Shown piece after piece: positions 9,155-20,418 of a stretch of 64,000 nt of DNA (position 1 is its first letter; each line of letters opens with the position of its first letter). Source of the DNA: an uncultured delta proteobacterium (GTDB lineage: Bacteria > Desulfobacterota > BSN033 > UBA1163); contig CAVPSJ010000007.1 in NCBI GenBank assembly GCA_963708295.1, positions 32,001 through 96,000 of the forward strand. The letters are read 5' to 3'. The notes beneath the pieces were generated by a model. That model had not been told where the DNA came from. It did no database searches and saw only the letters and a list, made by a program, of their open reading frames with translations. The position numbers were made by a program, and so were the translations under genes.

Positions 9155-11830
9155 TTACGCTCTGGCTTCTTCCTCTTTGGGTAGGCAGCATCGCTTGTAC
9201 TTCTTTCCGCTTCCGCAGGGGCAGGGGTCATTCCGTCCCACTTTTTTTCCTTCCCGCCGAACCGTCACGCCTTTCCCGTCCTCCGTCTTTCCGCCCCCGC
9301 CCTCGGCTGTCTCTCCCCGGCTCATGACAAAAGTCTGTTTCCGCTCCATCTTGATTTGTTTGCCCTCTTCCTGTTCCTTGGCCATCTGAACGGCGAAGAG
9401 CTTTTCGACGGTGTCCTTTTTTATCCTGTCGAGCATCTCAAGAAACATTTGATAGGCTTCTTTTTGATATTCAATGCGAGGGTCTTTCTGACCATAACCT
9501 CTTAAACCGATCCCTTCCTTCAATTGATCAATGGCAAGGAGATGATCCTTCCAATGGTAATCAATCGATTGAAGCATGATCACCTTCTCCAGGTATCGAA
9601 GCATCTGCGCCCCAAATGCCTCCTCCCTCTTCTGATAAACGTCCTTCGCACTCTGAATGATCATGTCTGCTAACTGATCTCTCCGGATACCATTCTCCAA
9701 AGAGGGGCCGGACCACTTGAAAGAGAATTGCTGATAAACGGCGTCCTGAAGTGCCTTCAGGTCCCAATCCTCGGGGTGTTCCTTCTCATCGGTGTAGAAA
9801 TCGACGAGCCCCTCACTCTGTTCTTCAATCATCTCCGTAACCGTTTCTCTCAGGTCTTCGCTGCCCAGAACCTCTCTCCGCTGGGAATAGATGACCTCTC
9901 TCTGTTTGTTCATCACGTCATCGTATTCCAGGAGGTTTTTCCGTATCTCAAAATTATGGGCCTCCACCTTCCGCTGAGCATTTTCAATGGCCTTGGTCAC
10001 GAGTCCGTGTTCGATGGGCTGGTCTTCTTCAATCCCCAGCCGGTCCATAATCTTCGATATCCTCTCCGCGCCAAAAATCCTCAGAAGGTCGTCCTCTAAA
10101 GAAAGATAGAATCGGGAGGACCCGGGATCGCCTTGTCTCCCCGATCGTCCTCTCAGCTGATTGTCAATCCGCCTGGCCTCATGCCGCTCGGTTCCCAATA
10201 CATGGAGGCCTCCCAACTGGACGACCTTTTGTTTCTCCTTCTGAACGATGGCGGTCGTCTTTTCGTAGGCCTCTTTCGTAGCCTCCTCGGTAGGCGCCTC
10301 GCCCGCCATGGTTTTTGCCAGGAACTTGGGATTTCCCCCCAGGAGGATGTCTGTCCCTCTTCCTGCCATATTCGTCGAGATGGTGACCGACCCCACCCTT
10401 CCCGCTTGGGCGATGATTTCAGCCTCGCGCTCATGATGTTTGGCGTTCAGGACATTGTGCGGAACCCCCTGTTTCTTCAGAAGTTGACTCAGTCGCTCAG
10501 ACTTCTCAATGGAAATCGTGCCCACCAGGACCGGATGGCCGGATTGATAGAGATCTTTGATTTCCCTGACGACGGCACGAAACTTCTCATCCGAGGTTTT
10601 GTAGATGACGTCGGAGTAATTCGTTCGCCTCATGGGCATGTTCGTAGGAATGACCACGACATCCAGATTATAAATCTTGCGGAACTCCGCAGCCTCCGTG
10701 TCCGCTGTCCCGGTCATCCCGGACAACTTCTTGTACATCCGGAAATAATTTTGAAATGTGATCGTGGCCAGGGTCTGGTTCTCATTTTCGATCTTGACGT
10801 TCTCTTTGGCTTCGACCGCCTGGTGGAGGCCATCGCTCCACCTCCTCCCGGGCATCAGCCTTCCGGTGAATTCATCGACGATGATCACCTCCCCGTCTTT
10901 CACCATGTAGTCCACATCTCTCTTAAAGAGGGCATGGGCTCTCAAGGCCTGATTCACGTGGTGGAGGGTCTCGATATTTCTGGGATCGTAAAGATTTTCG
11001 ACATGAATTAATTTCTCCACGTGGGCCACTCCCTCTTCCGTCAAAAAGGCCGCGTGGCTTTTCTCTTCGAGTTGATAATCTTCCCCCTGCTTCAAAGAGG
11101 GGATGATCCGGTTGATCTTATAGTATTTATCCGTCGATTCTTCCGCAGGACCGGAGATGATGAGCGGGGTCCTGGCTTCATCAATCAGGATGCTGTCGAC
11201 CTCATCGACGACGGCATAATTCAAGTCCCGCTGGACGTAATCTTCAAGGGTGAATTTCATATTGTCCCGGAGGTAGTCGAAACCAAATTCGTTATTCGTC
11301 CCGTAGGTGATATCGCACCCGTAGGCTTCCTTCCGTTCCCGGTCGTTTAATTCGTGCAGGATCACCCCGACGGAGAGGCCCAGGAATCTATAAATCACTC
11401 CCATCCATTCGCTGTCCCTTTTCGCCAGGTAATCGTTCACCGTGACGATGTGGACCCCTTTCCTTTCGAGGGCGTTCAAGTAGGCGGGGAGTGTGGACAC
11501 CAAGGTCTTTCCTTCACCGGTCGCCATCTCGGCGATCTTGCCTCCGTGGAGAACAATTCCTCCGATCAACTGCACATCGTAATGTCTTTCGCCAAGGGCC
11601 CTTTTTGCTGCCTCGCGAACGACTGCGAAGGCTTCCGGGAGGGTCTCGTCGATGGACTCCCCGCGCTCAATTCGCTCTTTGAACTCAGCGGTTTTGGCCA
11701 CGAGACGGTCATCCGCCAGCGGACTGATCTTGTCCTCCAACTGGTTGATTCTGTCGACAAGGGGTTGAATGCTTTTCAACTCTCTTTCGTTCTTACTACC
11801 CACGATCTTCTTGATCAGTGACCCAATCAT
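9155..11830 (-). CDS. secA: Preprotein translocase ATPase SecA
   Basis: [76 protein letters not shown]. Confidence 0.99.
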   Translation of the reverse strand: MIGSLIKKIVGSKNERELKSIQPLVDRINQLEDKISPLADDRLVAKTAEFKERIERGESIDETLPEAFAVVREAAKRALGERHYDVQLIGGIVLHGGKIAEMATGEGKTLVSTLPAYLNALERKGVHIVTVNDYLAKRDSEWMGVIYRFLGLSVGVILHELNDRERKEAYGCDITYGTNNEFGFDYLRDNMKFTLEDYVQRDLNYAVVDEVDSILIDEARTPLIISGPAEESTDKYYKINRIIPSLKQGEDYQLEEKSHAAFLTEEGVAHVEKLIHVENLYDPRNIETLHHVNQALRAHALFKRDVDYMVKDGEVIIVDEFTGRLMPGRRWSDGLHQAVEAKENVKIENENQTLATITFQNYFRMYKKLSGMTGTADTEAAEFRKIYNLDVVVIPTNMPMRRTNYSDVIYKTSDEKFRAVVREIKDLYQSGHPVLVGTISIEKSERLSQLLKKQGVPHNVLNAKHHEREAEIIAQAGRVGSVTISTNMAGRGTDILLGGNPKFLAKTMAGEAPTEEATKEAYEKTTAIVQKEKQKVVQLGGLHVLGTERHEARRIDNQLRGRSGRQGDPGSSRFYLSLEDDLLRIFGAERISKIMDRLGIEEDQPIEHGLVTKAIENAQRKVEAHNFEIRKNLLEYDDVMNKQREVIYSQRREVLGSEDLRETVTEMIEEQSEGLVDFYTDEKEHPEDWDLKALQDAVYQQFSFKWSGPSLENGIRRDQLADMIIQSAKDVYQKREEAFGAQMLRYLEKVIMLQSIDYHWKDHLLAIDQLKEGIGLRGYGQKDPRIEYQKEAYQMFLEMLDRIKKDTVEKLFAVQMAKEQEEGKQIKMERKQTFVMSRGETAEGGGGKTEDGKGVTVRREGKKVGRNDPCPCGSGKKYKRCCLPKEEEARA

Positions 11831-12030
11831 AAGAAGCTTCTCTCCTCCACCTTCTTCTTTCGCACCGAAAAATTATATAACGGATGACAACGGGTTGCAA
11901 TCCCCAAAAATGAACACGATTACGAGCTGTTATCTTCGCCTTGATGCATGCCCGTCGCCTCCTCGATTGGGCCTGGCCAGTGGTAGGGAAGAAGGCAGAG
12001 ACAGGGCTGCCATACTTCCCCTGGCCCCTG

Positions 12031-12053
12031 CCCTCTCCCCCGAGGGGAGAGGG
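12031..12053. repeat. GC-rich REP-like palindrome
   Basis: ccctctcccc-cga-ggggagaggg. Confidence 0.6.
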
Positions 12054-12169
12054 AAAATGGCATTATCTCTTCGCTAACCTCTAGGGAAACTCAATCTTTC
12101 CGGAAAATGATCTTGACAAGAAGGGGTCTTTCATTTGAAAGATATCTTGGAAGGCATTGGACCCTCCCT

Positions 12170-13297
12170 ATGCGATTTAAGACTCCATTGATCCTACTGT
12201 CCCTATTTTTCCTTCCGTTTGGGGCGGAGATTTCAGCAAACGAAGAACCTTCGGCAGTATCTTCGGTAATCACGGTGGCGGCCGTCGGGGATATCATGAT
12301 GGGAACGGATTATCCCTCCCCGAAACTTCCAGAGAAAGACGGGAGGCTCCTTTTCGAGAAAGCAAAAGGATTTTTGAGGAGGGCAGATCTTGTCTTCGGT
12401 AACCTTGAAGGACCCCTCACCGAGGAAATCTCTCCTGCAAAAAAAGTGAAGGATGAGAAGGAAGCTTACTTCTTCCGAACGCCACAGAGGTATGTCAAGA
12501 ATCTTGTCGACGCGGGGTTTAACGTCGTTTCTCTTGCAAACAATCATGCGGGAGATTTTGGAAATAAAGGGATGTCTTCTACCAAAAAAGTCCTTGCTGC
12601 CGCCGGGATAAAGTACTCAAGCAAAGCAGGCGAGGTGGCCGAGTTTGAAATCAATGGGCTGAAATTGGGTTTGGCCGCATTCTCTTTTGGTTCGCCACCG
12701 AGGTCTATCGTATACCCTGACGAAGCGCTGGCAGAGATCGATCTCCTTTCAAAAAAATATGATCTGTTGATTCTCTCGATTCACGGAGGCAAAGAAGGAG
12801 GAACAGCCTTACGGACCGAAAACGAGTTCGAATATTTCCTCGACGAACCCAGAGGCAATCTGATTCAATTCTCTCATGAAGCGATCGAGCGGGGCGCGGA
12901 TCTTATTCTTGTACACGGTCCCCATGTTCCGAGAGCCCTTGAGATCTACCAGGACAGACTGATTGCTTATAGCCTCGGCAACTTCTGTACCTACCGGGGA
13001 ATGAGTTTAGATAAAGAAAAAGGCTATGCTCCTCTGTTATGGGTTGAATTGGGTCGAAATGGCGAGTTTGTCAGAGGAAGGATATTTTCTTTCATCCAGG
13101 TCCCTCCGGGAGGTCCTAAGAGAGACGAGGAAGAAAGAGCGTGGGCTTTGATTAAAAGACTCTCTCAAGAGGATTTCCCGGAGACGAGTCCTCTTTTCGG
13201 TGCATCAGAAATCATTCTCCCAAGGGAGAAAACTCCGGAGAGAGACGCCCCTCCCACCTCACTGCAAAGCCCGCTTTCTCCGGTGAAAACAGAATGA
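12170..13297 (+). CDS. Exported CapA/PGA_cap family metallophosphoesterase
   Basis: Signal peptide; AVGDIMMG, GNLEG, SLANNHAGDFG, SIHGGKE, HGPHV, AYSLGNF. Confidence 0.9.
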   Translation: MRFKTPLILLSLFFLPFGAEISANEEPSAVSSVITVAAVGDIMMGTDYPSPKLPEKDGRLLFEKAKGFLRRADLVFGNLEGPLTEEISPAKKVKDEKEAYFFRTPQRYVKNLVDAGFNVVSLANNHAGDFGNKGMSSTKKVLAAAGIKYSSKAGEVAEFEINGLKLGLAAFSFGSPPRSIVYPDEALAEIDLLSKKYDLLILSIHGGKEGGTALRTENEFEYFLDEPRGNLIQFSHEAIERGADLILVHGPHVPRALEIYQDRLIAYSLGNFCTYRGMSLDKEKGYAPLLWVELGRNGEFVRGRIFSFIQVPPGGPKRDEEERAWALIKRLSQEDFPETSPLFGASEIILPREKTPERDAPPTSLQSPLSPVKTE

Positions 13298-13390
13298 TCC
13301 TAATTTGACTGGACCCCGTTTCCACCGAGGTGACAAATGAAATTCAATTTTTTTCAGAGGGGAATGGAAATTTCGCTTTAATTGGAGGGA

Positions 13391-14299
13391 TTATTCCAGA
13401 ATATATCTCGATGGGTTAACAGGAATGCCATTTATCCTCACTTCATAATGGAGATGGGGACCTGTTGACTTACCCGTCGTACCAACCTCGGCAATCTTAT
13501 CGCCCCGTTTCACCCTCTGCCCCGCACCGACTAAAATTTTACTCAGGTGATTGTGGCGGGTGATGATTCCAAATCCGTGAGAGATCACAACAACATTCCC
13601 ATAGGAAAAATCCTTGCCCGTGGCCGAAACAATTCCATCTGCCGGGGCAATCACAGGGGTTCCTTCACGATTCGAAATATCAAGACCTTCGTGCATCTGG
13701 TTTAATCCCGTAAAGGGATTGGTTCGAAAGCCAAAACCCGATGTCACCCACCCATGGACCGGCCAGATCGAGGGGGTATGGGTCAACATGTCTTTCTTGG
13801 TGAGCAAGAGTTTCTCGAGTTCGGAGAGGCTCTCTTCCTGGGTTACGGCTTCAGATTTGAGGCGCTCAACATCGGTCCTCATCTGCTGAACCAGCCCCGT
13901 TTCGTCTTTTTCCAATCTCAATTTCTCTCGGACATCGGAGGGAGAGGGTCCGCCCATTCCCACAAAGGAGGTTGTTTCCCCGCCCTTCTCCAAATTGGCA
14001 ATGATTCGAATCTTCTTATCAAAATCCTTTAATCTGGCGAGTTGTTTCTCCAGGTCTTCTATTTTCGACGAGAAAAAATGAATCTTGGTCCTCTGCTCCT
14101 CGGTTTCGTGTCGCAGTTGCGCCAGTTCAAAGCCCTTCTTCCTCACCTGGATGTAGTCACAGAAGAAGAAAATGGTGAGGAGAAGGCAAAAAGCCAGGAG
14201 ATAAAGTCCAATTTTGAACGTCTTTTTGTGTACCCTAACGTGGCGGGTCTTAGAGGTCTTCTGGCCAAAGACAAGGATATTGAAATAGTCTTTATCCAA
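13391..14299 (-). CDS. M23 family metallopeptidase (N-terminal TM plus coiled coil)
   Basis: TPSIWPVHG, HEGLD, GKSTGPHLHYEV. Confidence 0.93.
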   Translation of the reverse strand: MDKDYFNILVFGQKTSKTRHVRVHKKTFKIGLYLLAFCLLLTIFFFCDYIQVRKKGFELAQLRHETEEQRTKIHFFSSKIEDLEKQLARLKDFDKKIRIIANLEKGGETTSFVGMGGPSPSDVREKLRLEKDETGLVQQMRTDVERLKSEAVTQEESLSELEKLLLTKKDMLTHTPSIWPVHGWVTSGFGFRTNPFTGLNQMHEGLDISNREGTPVIAPADGIVSATGKDFSYGNVVVISHGFGIITRHNHLSKILVGAGQRVKRGDKIAEVGTTGKSTGPHLHYEVRINGIPVNPSRYILE

Positions 14300-14457
14300 A
14301 ATAAACTCCTTGTTTCATTGATTCACAAGTGGTATCTGAATTTACGGCCCCCATCTAAATACCAGAGTAAATATCGCCGTGTCAAGTTTTTTTTTGTCCC
14401 CTCTTCTTTCCCCGAATTCTTCCCTGGAAAGAGCGAGGAATTATATATAATTATCTT

Positions 14458-15855
14458 TTAATTTCCACTAATTACAAGCTCTTTAATCAGGAGACTTGGG
14501 GCTCCAACGGCACCAAAAAATCTGAGATCCTTCCCGACCCCGATCACCCCCCGGAAGAGTTCGAAAAGGTTCCCTGCGATGGCGACTGATTTCACCGGAT
14601 GGACCTTTTGCCCTCGATCGATCCAGTCGCCTGAACAGCCCAGAGAAAAATCTCCCGAGATGGGGTCTACGGTATGGAGGCCCATGACCTCCTCTACCAC
14701 CATCCCATGCAAAAAGCCTTCCAACAGCTGTGGTAAATCGAGGTCTCCTGGTTCAACGAAAAAGTTTGAAATCCCTACCCCGGGGGGGAATTTGATTCCA
14801 GCACGTCGACTGTTCCCCGTCGACTTTTCCTGTGACCCCGGGGAGAGAATCCTCTCCCGGTTCGCCCAATATCGATCGTATAGATAATGGGTGAGTTCTC
14901 CCCGGGTGACTAAACAGGTCCGCTGGCTCGGCATCCCCTCTCCGTCGAAGGGAGCAGTGGAAACTCCCTTTGAATAAAGTCCATCATCCACGATCGTAAG
15001 GAGGGGGGAGAAGAATTCTTCTCCTCGCTTCCCCCTCAAAGGAGATTTTCCTTTCTGGACCTGGTCAGCGAAAAAGGAATGGGCGAGAAGGGATAAGAAT
15101 TCAGCGGCCACATGATTTCGAAGAAGTACCGGATAAGCGCCCGATAGGATCCTTTTCCCGCCCAGCCTCTCCAATGCTTTCCTTCCGGCGGATCGCCCGA
15201 CTTTCTCGACATCGAGGTCCTTAAAAAAATGGCTGGCGTCGAAGTCCCAGGCCACCTCCGATTCCCCCGATGCTTCCGCCACGGCGGTGACGCTCGCTGA
15301 GGCAAGAGAGTGGGCGTAGGAGTTCCGAATCCCATTCGAGTTCACCAGGGTTGTCCTGGAGAGAACCTCCTGGTAAGAGGCCTTCCTCACCTTCTTGATC
15401 CTCTCCGGATCCACTGCCCGGGTTGACGCCTCCAAATCCTTTGCCTTTTCGATCTTCCTCTTCTCTGAAATCCCCTCCAGGGACTCATCAAAGATGGGTA
15501 ATTCGGGAAGGGGGTCTTGGAGCGCAGGGGCAAAGTCGAAGCACGGATCTGGCGAGGTCGGCTCGGCACTTCGGATCGCATCCTCTATCATCCGATCCAA
15601 CTCGTCCGAAAAATTCTGCGGGGCGGAAGAAGAAGAGGGATTGGACAGGGTCGTGTAAGAAAAGCCAATTCGTTGATGATTCAGTATACGGAAGGCCATT
15701 CCCAAGTACTGATCGGTCTGGAGGGTTTCAATCTTTCCTTCCTTTGACTCAATATCAAAATGGGAGGATTGATTAAAATAGATTTCATAGCCATCGATGG
15801 GCTTCTTCTGGAGAATCCTCAGAACCTGGTCGATGATTTCCTCGTTATAAATCAT
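14458..15855 (-). CDS. pmbA: TldD/PmbA family protein (PmbA/TldE type)
   Basis: PFDGEG, STGN, SGDFSLG, IAGNLFEL; lacks the TldD HE motif. Confidence 0.85.
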   Translation of the reverse strand: MIYNEEIIDQVLRILQKKPIDGYEIYFNQSSHFDIESKEGKIETLQTDQYLGMAFRILNHQRIGFSYTTLSNPSSSSAPQNFSDELDRMIEDAIRSAEPTSPDPCFDFAPALQDPLPELPIFDESLEGISEKRKIEKAKDLEASTRAVDPERIKKVRKASYQEVLSRTTLVNSNGIRNSYAHSLASASVTAVAEASGESEVAWDFDASHFFKDLDVEKVGRSAGRKALERLGGKRILSGAYPVLLRNHVAAEFLSLLAHSFFADQVQKGKSPLRGKRGEEFFSPLLTIVDDGLYSKGVSTAPFDGEGMPSQRTCLVTRGELTHYLYDRYWANRERILSPGSQEKSTGNSRRAGIKFPPGVGISNFFVEPGDLDLPQLLEGFLHGMVVEEVMGLHTVDPISGDFSLGCSGDWIDRGQKVHPVKSVAIAGNLFELFRGVIGVGKDLRFFGAVGAPSLLIKELVISGN

Positions 15856-15888
15856 ATCGTACCCCACTCCAATGCGTATTCACGCCTC

Positions 15889-16938
15889 TCACCATCGGAT
15901 TAGGCTGCTCGCCCAGGTGAGTCCTCCACCGAACGCGGTGAGAATGATCAAATCTCCCTTTTGAATGGATCCATCCCGAACGGCTTCGTCGAGGGCGATC
16001 GGAATGGTCGCGGATGAGATATTGGCATATTTCTCGATTGTCAGGTAGACTTTCTCCATTGGGACATCTAATCTTTTTGCGACTTGCTGAAGCATGCGTA
16101 GATTGGCCTGATGGGGAATGATCCATTTCACATCCGAAAGGCTGACACCGTTGAAGGCAGCGGCCTCTTCCGCAGCTTCTGCAAACCGTTTCACCGCCAC
16201 CCGGACCGATTCATTCGCTTTGATCATCCGAAGGGTATGGAGTTTCCTGTCCACGCTTTCGTAAGAGATCGGCGTCGTCTTTGATCCACCTCCAGGAAGA
16301 AGCAGGTTTTCACCGTTCGCCCCATCGGTGTGAATATGGACGGAAAGGATTTCGCCGACATCCCTCCCTGATTTCCGGAGAGACTGATTTCCCTTCGAAT
16401 CCTCAAAAGCTCGAAGAACGGCTGCACCCGATCCGTCTCCCCAGAGGATACAACTCTCTCGATCCGTCCAATCCAGAGTCCTGCTCATGATCTCTACCGA
16501 TGCAACCAGAGCGGTTTTGTAGGTCCCCGCTTTAAGATATTGCTCGGCGACGGAAAGACCAAAGACAAATCCGCTACACGCCGCTGTCACGTCGAAGGAG
16601 ACCGCTCTTCCCGCACCGAGTTTTGCCTCCAACCAGTTAGCGCCGGAGGGACAGGCCGTATCCGGCGTCATGGTGGTCATGATGATGAGATCTAATTCCT
16701 CGACGGGAATGCCTCCCATTTCCAGGGCACGGAGGGAAGCCTCTTTGGCAAGGTCCGAGGCATTGACATTCGGCGCCGCAATTCTTCGTTCCTTGATTCC
16801 TGTCCTTTTGTAAATCCACTCGTCATTGGTGTTCAGAGTCTTTTCCAAATCAAAATTGGTGACGGCCCGCTCCGGAAGAAACGAGCCGGTCCCCAGAATC
16901 CCGATTCTCTTGCCGCCCATCAGCGAACTCCTTTTCAC
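15889..16938 (-). CDS. fabH: 3-oxoacyl-ACP synthase III
   Basis: WIYKRTGIKERR, AACSGF, WGDGSGA, PHQAN, AFGGGLTW. Confidence 0.93.
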   Translation of the reverse strand: MKRSSLMGGKRIGILGTGSFLPERAVTNFDLEKTLNTNDEWIYKRTGIKERRIAAPNVNASDLAKEASLRALEMGGIPVEELDLIIMTTMTPDTACPSGANWLEAKLGAGRAVSFDVTAACSGFVFGLSVAEQYLKAGTYKTALVASVEIMSRTLDWTDRESCILWGDGSGAAVLRAFEDSKGNQSLRKSGRDVGEILSVHIHTDGANGENLLLPGGGSKTTPISYESVDRKLHTLRMIKANESVRVAVKRFAEAAEEAAAFNGVSLSDVKWIIPHQANLRMLQQVAKRLDVPMEKVYLTIEKYANISSATIPIALDEAVRDGSIQKGDLIILTAFGGGLTWASSLIRW

Positions 16939-17015
16939 TCAGATTTGAAGGGATGTTCAGCTCCTCATCCCCGCCTGCGGCAGGCACGCACACCCATCTC
17001 GTTTGGCCCAGAGAC

Positions 17016-18146
17016 TCAATTTTTGTAAATTCTCGGGACCCTTTTCCCTATCGAGCACAACACCTCATAGGGAATCGAGTTGATTTTATCTGCGATTTCC
17101 TCGGGGGTGATCTGCTCTTTGCCTTGCCGCCCCATCAATATCACTTCATCTCCTTCTGAAGCACGCGGGATATCGGTAACATCCACCATGATGAAATCCA
17201 TACAGACCTTCCCGACCACAGGTGCCCTTCTCCCGCGGATCAACACCTCTCCATGATTCGAGAGATGACGGCTATACCCATCCGCGTATCCGATCGGAAG
17301 CGTCGCGATGAGACTCTCCCGTTTTGCCTTAAATGTCCCTCCGTAACTGATCCTCGTTCCAGGTCGAACCGACTTCAAAAAATGGATGCGGGTCTTCAGG
17401 GTCATCACGGGCTTGAGCGAAATAAGAGATCGGAATGCGGGAGAAGGATACGAGCCGTATAGCATGATCCCGGGTCGAACCAGCCGGGCGGAATATGCCG
17501 GAAAAGCCGTAAGCATCGCACTGCTGGCCATGTGAAGATACGAACAGCAAATTCCCAACTCTTGGGCAGCGGCCACAGCTTCTCGAAACGCTCTCCATTG
17601 GGTTTGAGTAAAACCCTTTTCTTCGTCCGTCATTGCGAAATGGGAAAGGATGCCTTCTGCTTCAATCCTCGGGAACCGTCTCAACTCGCGCAAAAAGTCG
17701 TACCAGAGGTGGTGGGGCACCCCCAATCTTCCCATTCCCGTATCCACCTTGAGGTGGACCCTCACCTTCCTCCCGCGCCTCTCCGCTTCTCTGGAAAGAA
17801 TCTTCAAAGAATCCTTTCCGAAGACGACAGGGGTGAGGCGGAAGCGAAAAATTTGGTCTACTTTCTTTCCGAAAATCCCTCCTAATACGAGAATGGGGGT
17901 TTTCACCCCTCCCTTTCTGAGCTCCACTCCTTCTTCAGGGATTGCGACACCCAGGTATTCCACCCCCAACTTCTCCAATCGAAGTGAAACCGGAATGGAC
18001 CCATGACCATAGGCATCCGCTTTGACCACAGCCAGGAGTTTCACGCCCTCGGGAATTCTCTTCTTAATCTGCCGATAATTAAACTCCAGTGCTCCAAGGT
18101 CAACTTCCCCAACCGTCGGTCTTCCGGATGAAAGTGGCATATTCAT
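17016..18146 (-). CDS. alr: Alanine racemase
   Basis: AVVKADAYGHG, HLKVDTGMGRLG, RPGIMLYG, IGYADGY, GKVCMD. Confidence 0.97.
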   Translation of the reverse strand: MNMPLSSGRPTVGEVDLGALEFNYRQIKKRIPEGVKLLAVVKADAYGHGSIPVSLRLEKLGVEYLGVAIPEEGVELRKGGVKTPILVLGGIFGKKVDQIFRFRLTPVVFGKDSLKILSREAERRGRKVRVHLKVDTGMGRLGVPHHLWYDFLRELRRFPRIEAEGILSHFAMTDEEKGFTQTQWRAFREAVAAAQELGICCSYLHMASSAMLTAFPAYSARLVRPGIMLYGSYPSPAFRSLISLKPVMTLKTRIHFLKSVRPGTRISYGGTFKAKRESLIATLPIGYADGYSRHLSNHGEVLIRGRRAPVVGKVCMDFIMVDVTDIPRASEGDEVILMGRQGKEQITPEEIADKINSIPYEVLCSIGKRVPRIYKN

Positions 18147-18515
18147 CACGATATCTCTAACTGTTTGAATAAGAAGAAAAAAAACATTAAACAAATAACA
18201 TCAACCCTATGGAAAGTCAATGGAAGCCATTTGCTGGGCAGGCTAGCTTTTTCTTCTGTACCCGGCGTAATTATCAACATAATGATCGACACAAAGGGGC
18301 GATTTCCGAAGCTCGCCGCCATTGGGGTGGGCCCCTGAAGAGGCTTCATCAGCCCACCTTCTAGGGTTTGGCTGCATCGGGCTCAAAGGAAAACTGTGGT
18401 TCAAGGTCTTGCGCGGTTCATCCTATTTCCCCCAACGCGGGCCTGATGAAGCCTCGGAGGGGATTTACCCGATCGCGGTAAGCAAAAACTGGGGTAGAGC
18501 AAGGAGAAGCCATTC

Positions 18516-19379
18516 TTGACAATCTCCTCCCCATCCATTAATCTGGTCTTCGTGAATGAACCGCCTCCCAAAAATATTCGCATCAAGATCAATGAAAAAG
18601 AAACCCCTATTCCTTCGAACACCACTCTCCTTCAACTCAAAAGTCAATTCAACCCTGATGCAGATTTGATCATTTACAACGGTTTCCCGGCCGCTTCAGA
18701 TTACCCCCTGAAACAGGATGACGAAATTATTCTCATCGAAAAAGGCAAAATTCCCTCCTCCGAGGAGTTCGAGTGTTTCATGATGGCGCGTCACACACCC
18801 GGAATTCATCAGAAAATCAAAAACTCCGTTGTGGGAATCGCCGGATTGGGAGGTCTTGGGTCGTCCGTTGCCGTTGCCTTAGCTCGTGTGGGAGTGGGCA
18901 AGCTGATCCTGGTTGACTTCGATGTGGTGGAGCCGTCCAACTTGAATCGGCAACAATATTTCGTGGACCAGATCGGAATGCCGAAGGTCGAAGCCCTCCG
19001 AAAAAACATCGCAGCCATCAACCCCTGCGTGAGGGTCGAGATCTATCAGGAAAGACTCGATCGAGGCAATGGCGAGAAAATCCTTCAGGAAGCAGAGGTG
19101 GTGGTGGAGGCTTTTGACCGCGCCGAAGAAAAGGCGATGCTGATCAACATCGTCTCAGAGAAGATGCCGGATAAATATATTGTCGCCGCATCAGGTGTCG
19201 CGGGTTACGGAGACAACAACGAGATTAAGACAGTTCGGTTCTCTTCAAAGATCTTCATTGTGGGGGACCAAAAGACAGCCGCACAACCTGGCATGGGCCT
19301 GATGGCACCACGGGTGGGAATCGCCGCCCACCATCAAGCAAACACTGTCTTGAGGATTCTCTTGGGCGAGGAGAAGTAG
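18516..19379 (+). CDS. thiF: ThiF-type sulfur-carrier adenylyltransferase with N-terminal ubiquitin-like domain
   Basis: GIAGLGGLGS, DFDVVEPSNLNRQQY, EAFD, MAPRVGIAAHHQAN; exact start uncertain. Confidence 0.85.
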   Translation: MTISSPSINLVFVNEPPPKNIRIKINEKETPIPSNTTLLQLKSQFNPDADLIIYNGFPAASDYPLKQDDEIILIEKGKIPSSEEFECFMMARHTPGIHQKIKNSVVGIAGLGGLGSSVAVALARVGVGKLILVDFDVVEPSNLNRQQYFVDQIGMPKVEALRKNIAAINPCVRVEIYQERLDRGNGEKILQEAEVVVEAFDRAEEKAMLINIVSEKMPDKYIVAASGVAGYGDNNEIKTVRFSSKIFIVGDQKTAAQPGMGLMAPRVGIAAHHQANTVLRILLGEEK

Positions 19380-19715
19380 TTACTTCGCTATCATTTTACA
19401 ATTTCCCTCAAAAATTCCGCCGTCCTGAATCACAAAAACGGGAGTAAAAACGGTCCCGAATAACTTTCCTCTCGCATGGATCTCCATTCGCTCTTTGGCA
19501 GTTACATCTCCTTCCAAGCTGCCATTGAGGATCAGGGTTGTGGCCTCTACTTTCCCCTTAATGACCGCTGTTTCGCCTATGATTAATGTCCCGGTATGAT
19601 AGATTTCTCCCTCCACTTTCCCATCGAGGCGAAATATTCCTTCCGAATTGACTTTCCCCTTTAACAAGGAATCTTTGCCCCAAAAAACATTCATCTCTTC
19701 TGTGACTGGCTTCAT
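19380..19715 (-). CDS. Bactofilin (polymer-forming cytoskeletal protein)
   Basis: Beta-helix repeats RLDGKVEGEI, IIGETAVIKGKV, IQDGGIFEGNC. Confidence 0.9.
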   Translation of the reverse strand: MKPVTEEMNVFWGKDSLLKGKVNSEGIFRLDGKVEGEIYHTGTLIIGETAVIKGKVEATTLILNGSLEGDVTAKERMEIHARGKLFGTVFTPVFVIQDGGIFEGNCKMIAK

Positions 19716-19789
19716 TGTTTTAAGAAAGCTCCGGGTTCATCTTCCAAAGGGTGATTGAACTATGTGTTAGGCCATGGATATGAGTCTTC

Positions 19790-19805
19790 AGCAATATTAG
19801 TGCCA
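19790..19805 (-). promoter_or_regulatory. Sigma54 promoter upstream of bactofilin
   Basis: Minus strand TGGCAC-TAATA-TTGCT, matching TGGCAC-N5-TTGC. Confidence 0.75.
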
Positions 19806-19930
19806 AATTTTCTTAAATTCTCTTTTTCCTAAACGGACCGGATTCTAAGGGTTTCCCTGATTCATCGCCCGGCCCCGGTGGAAAATTTATAGCCACCGGT
19901 GTCCGTTTTGTTCAAATTTGGGTTGATCTG

Positions 19931-20383
19931 CTATACCAGCTCTTTTACCAAAGCAGTTTCATCGCAATCCGGAAATTTTACACACCTCAGGCAGTCGGTC
20001 CAGATTTTGTGCGGGAGGGCTGTCTTATCCACTTTCTTGAAACCTAATCTTTCAAAGAATTCAGCCTGGTAAGTGAGCGCAAAGACTCTCTTCACCCCTA
20101 AGAATTTCGACTCCTTCAAGCATTCTCTCACCAACTTTGCGCCGATTCCTTTGCTCTGATCTTTCTCTTCTACCGCCAGGGACCGTATTTCCGCCAAATC
20201 CTCCCAGCAGATGTGAAGGGCACAGATGCCTACGACGTTGCGGTTCCTGATGAAAACAAAAAAATCCCTGAGATGGTCATAGAGTTCGCTCAGAGACCGG
20301 GGGAGAATCCCTCCCCGGGGAGCGTAGACTTTAAGAAGCCGCTGAATCTCTTTGATGTCATCGAGTTTCGCCTTTCGAATCAT
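19931..20383 (-). CDS. argA: Short GNAT N-acetylglutamate synthase-like acetyltransferase
   Basis: LPRSLSELY, WEDLAEIRSLAV, LPHKIWTDCLRCVKFPDCDE. Confidence 0.8.
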   Translation of the reverse strand: MIRKAKLDDIKEIQRLLKVYAPRGGILPRSLSELYDHLRDFFVFIRNRNVVGICALHICWEDLAEIRSLAVEEKDQSKGIGAKLVRECLKESKFLGVKRVFALTYQAEFFERLGFKKVDKTALPHKIWTDCLRCVKFPDCDETALVKELV

Positions 20384-20418
20384 CGTTTTTCTCTCCGTCG
20401 AGAATTCCCCTCATACTC

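Noticed and set aside
18320-18515. TPP riboswitch or 6S RNA upstream of thiF
   Set aside because: The TPP core (CUGAGA...ACCUGA...GCGUAGGGA) was not found, and size and context do not fit 6S; kept only as an unassigned structure
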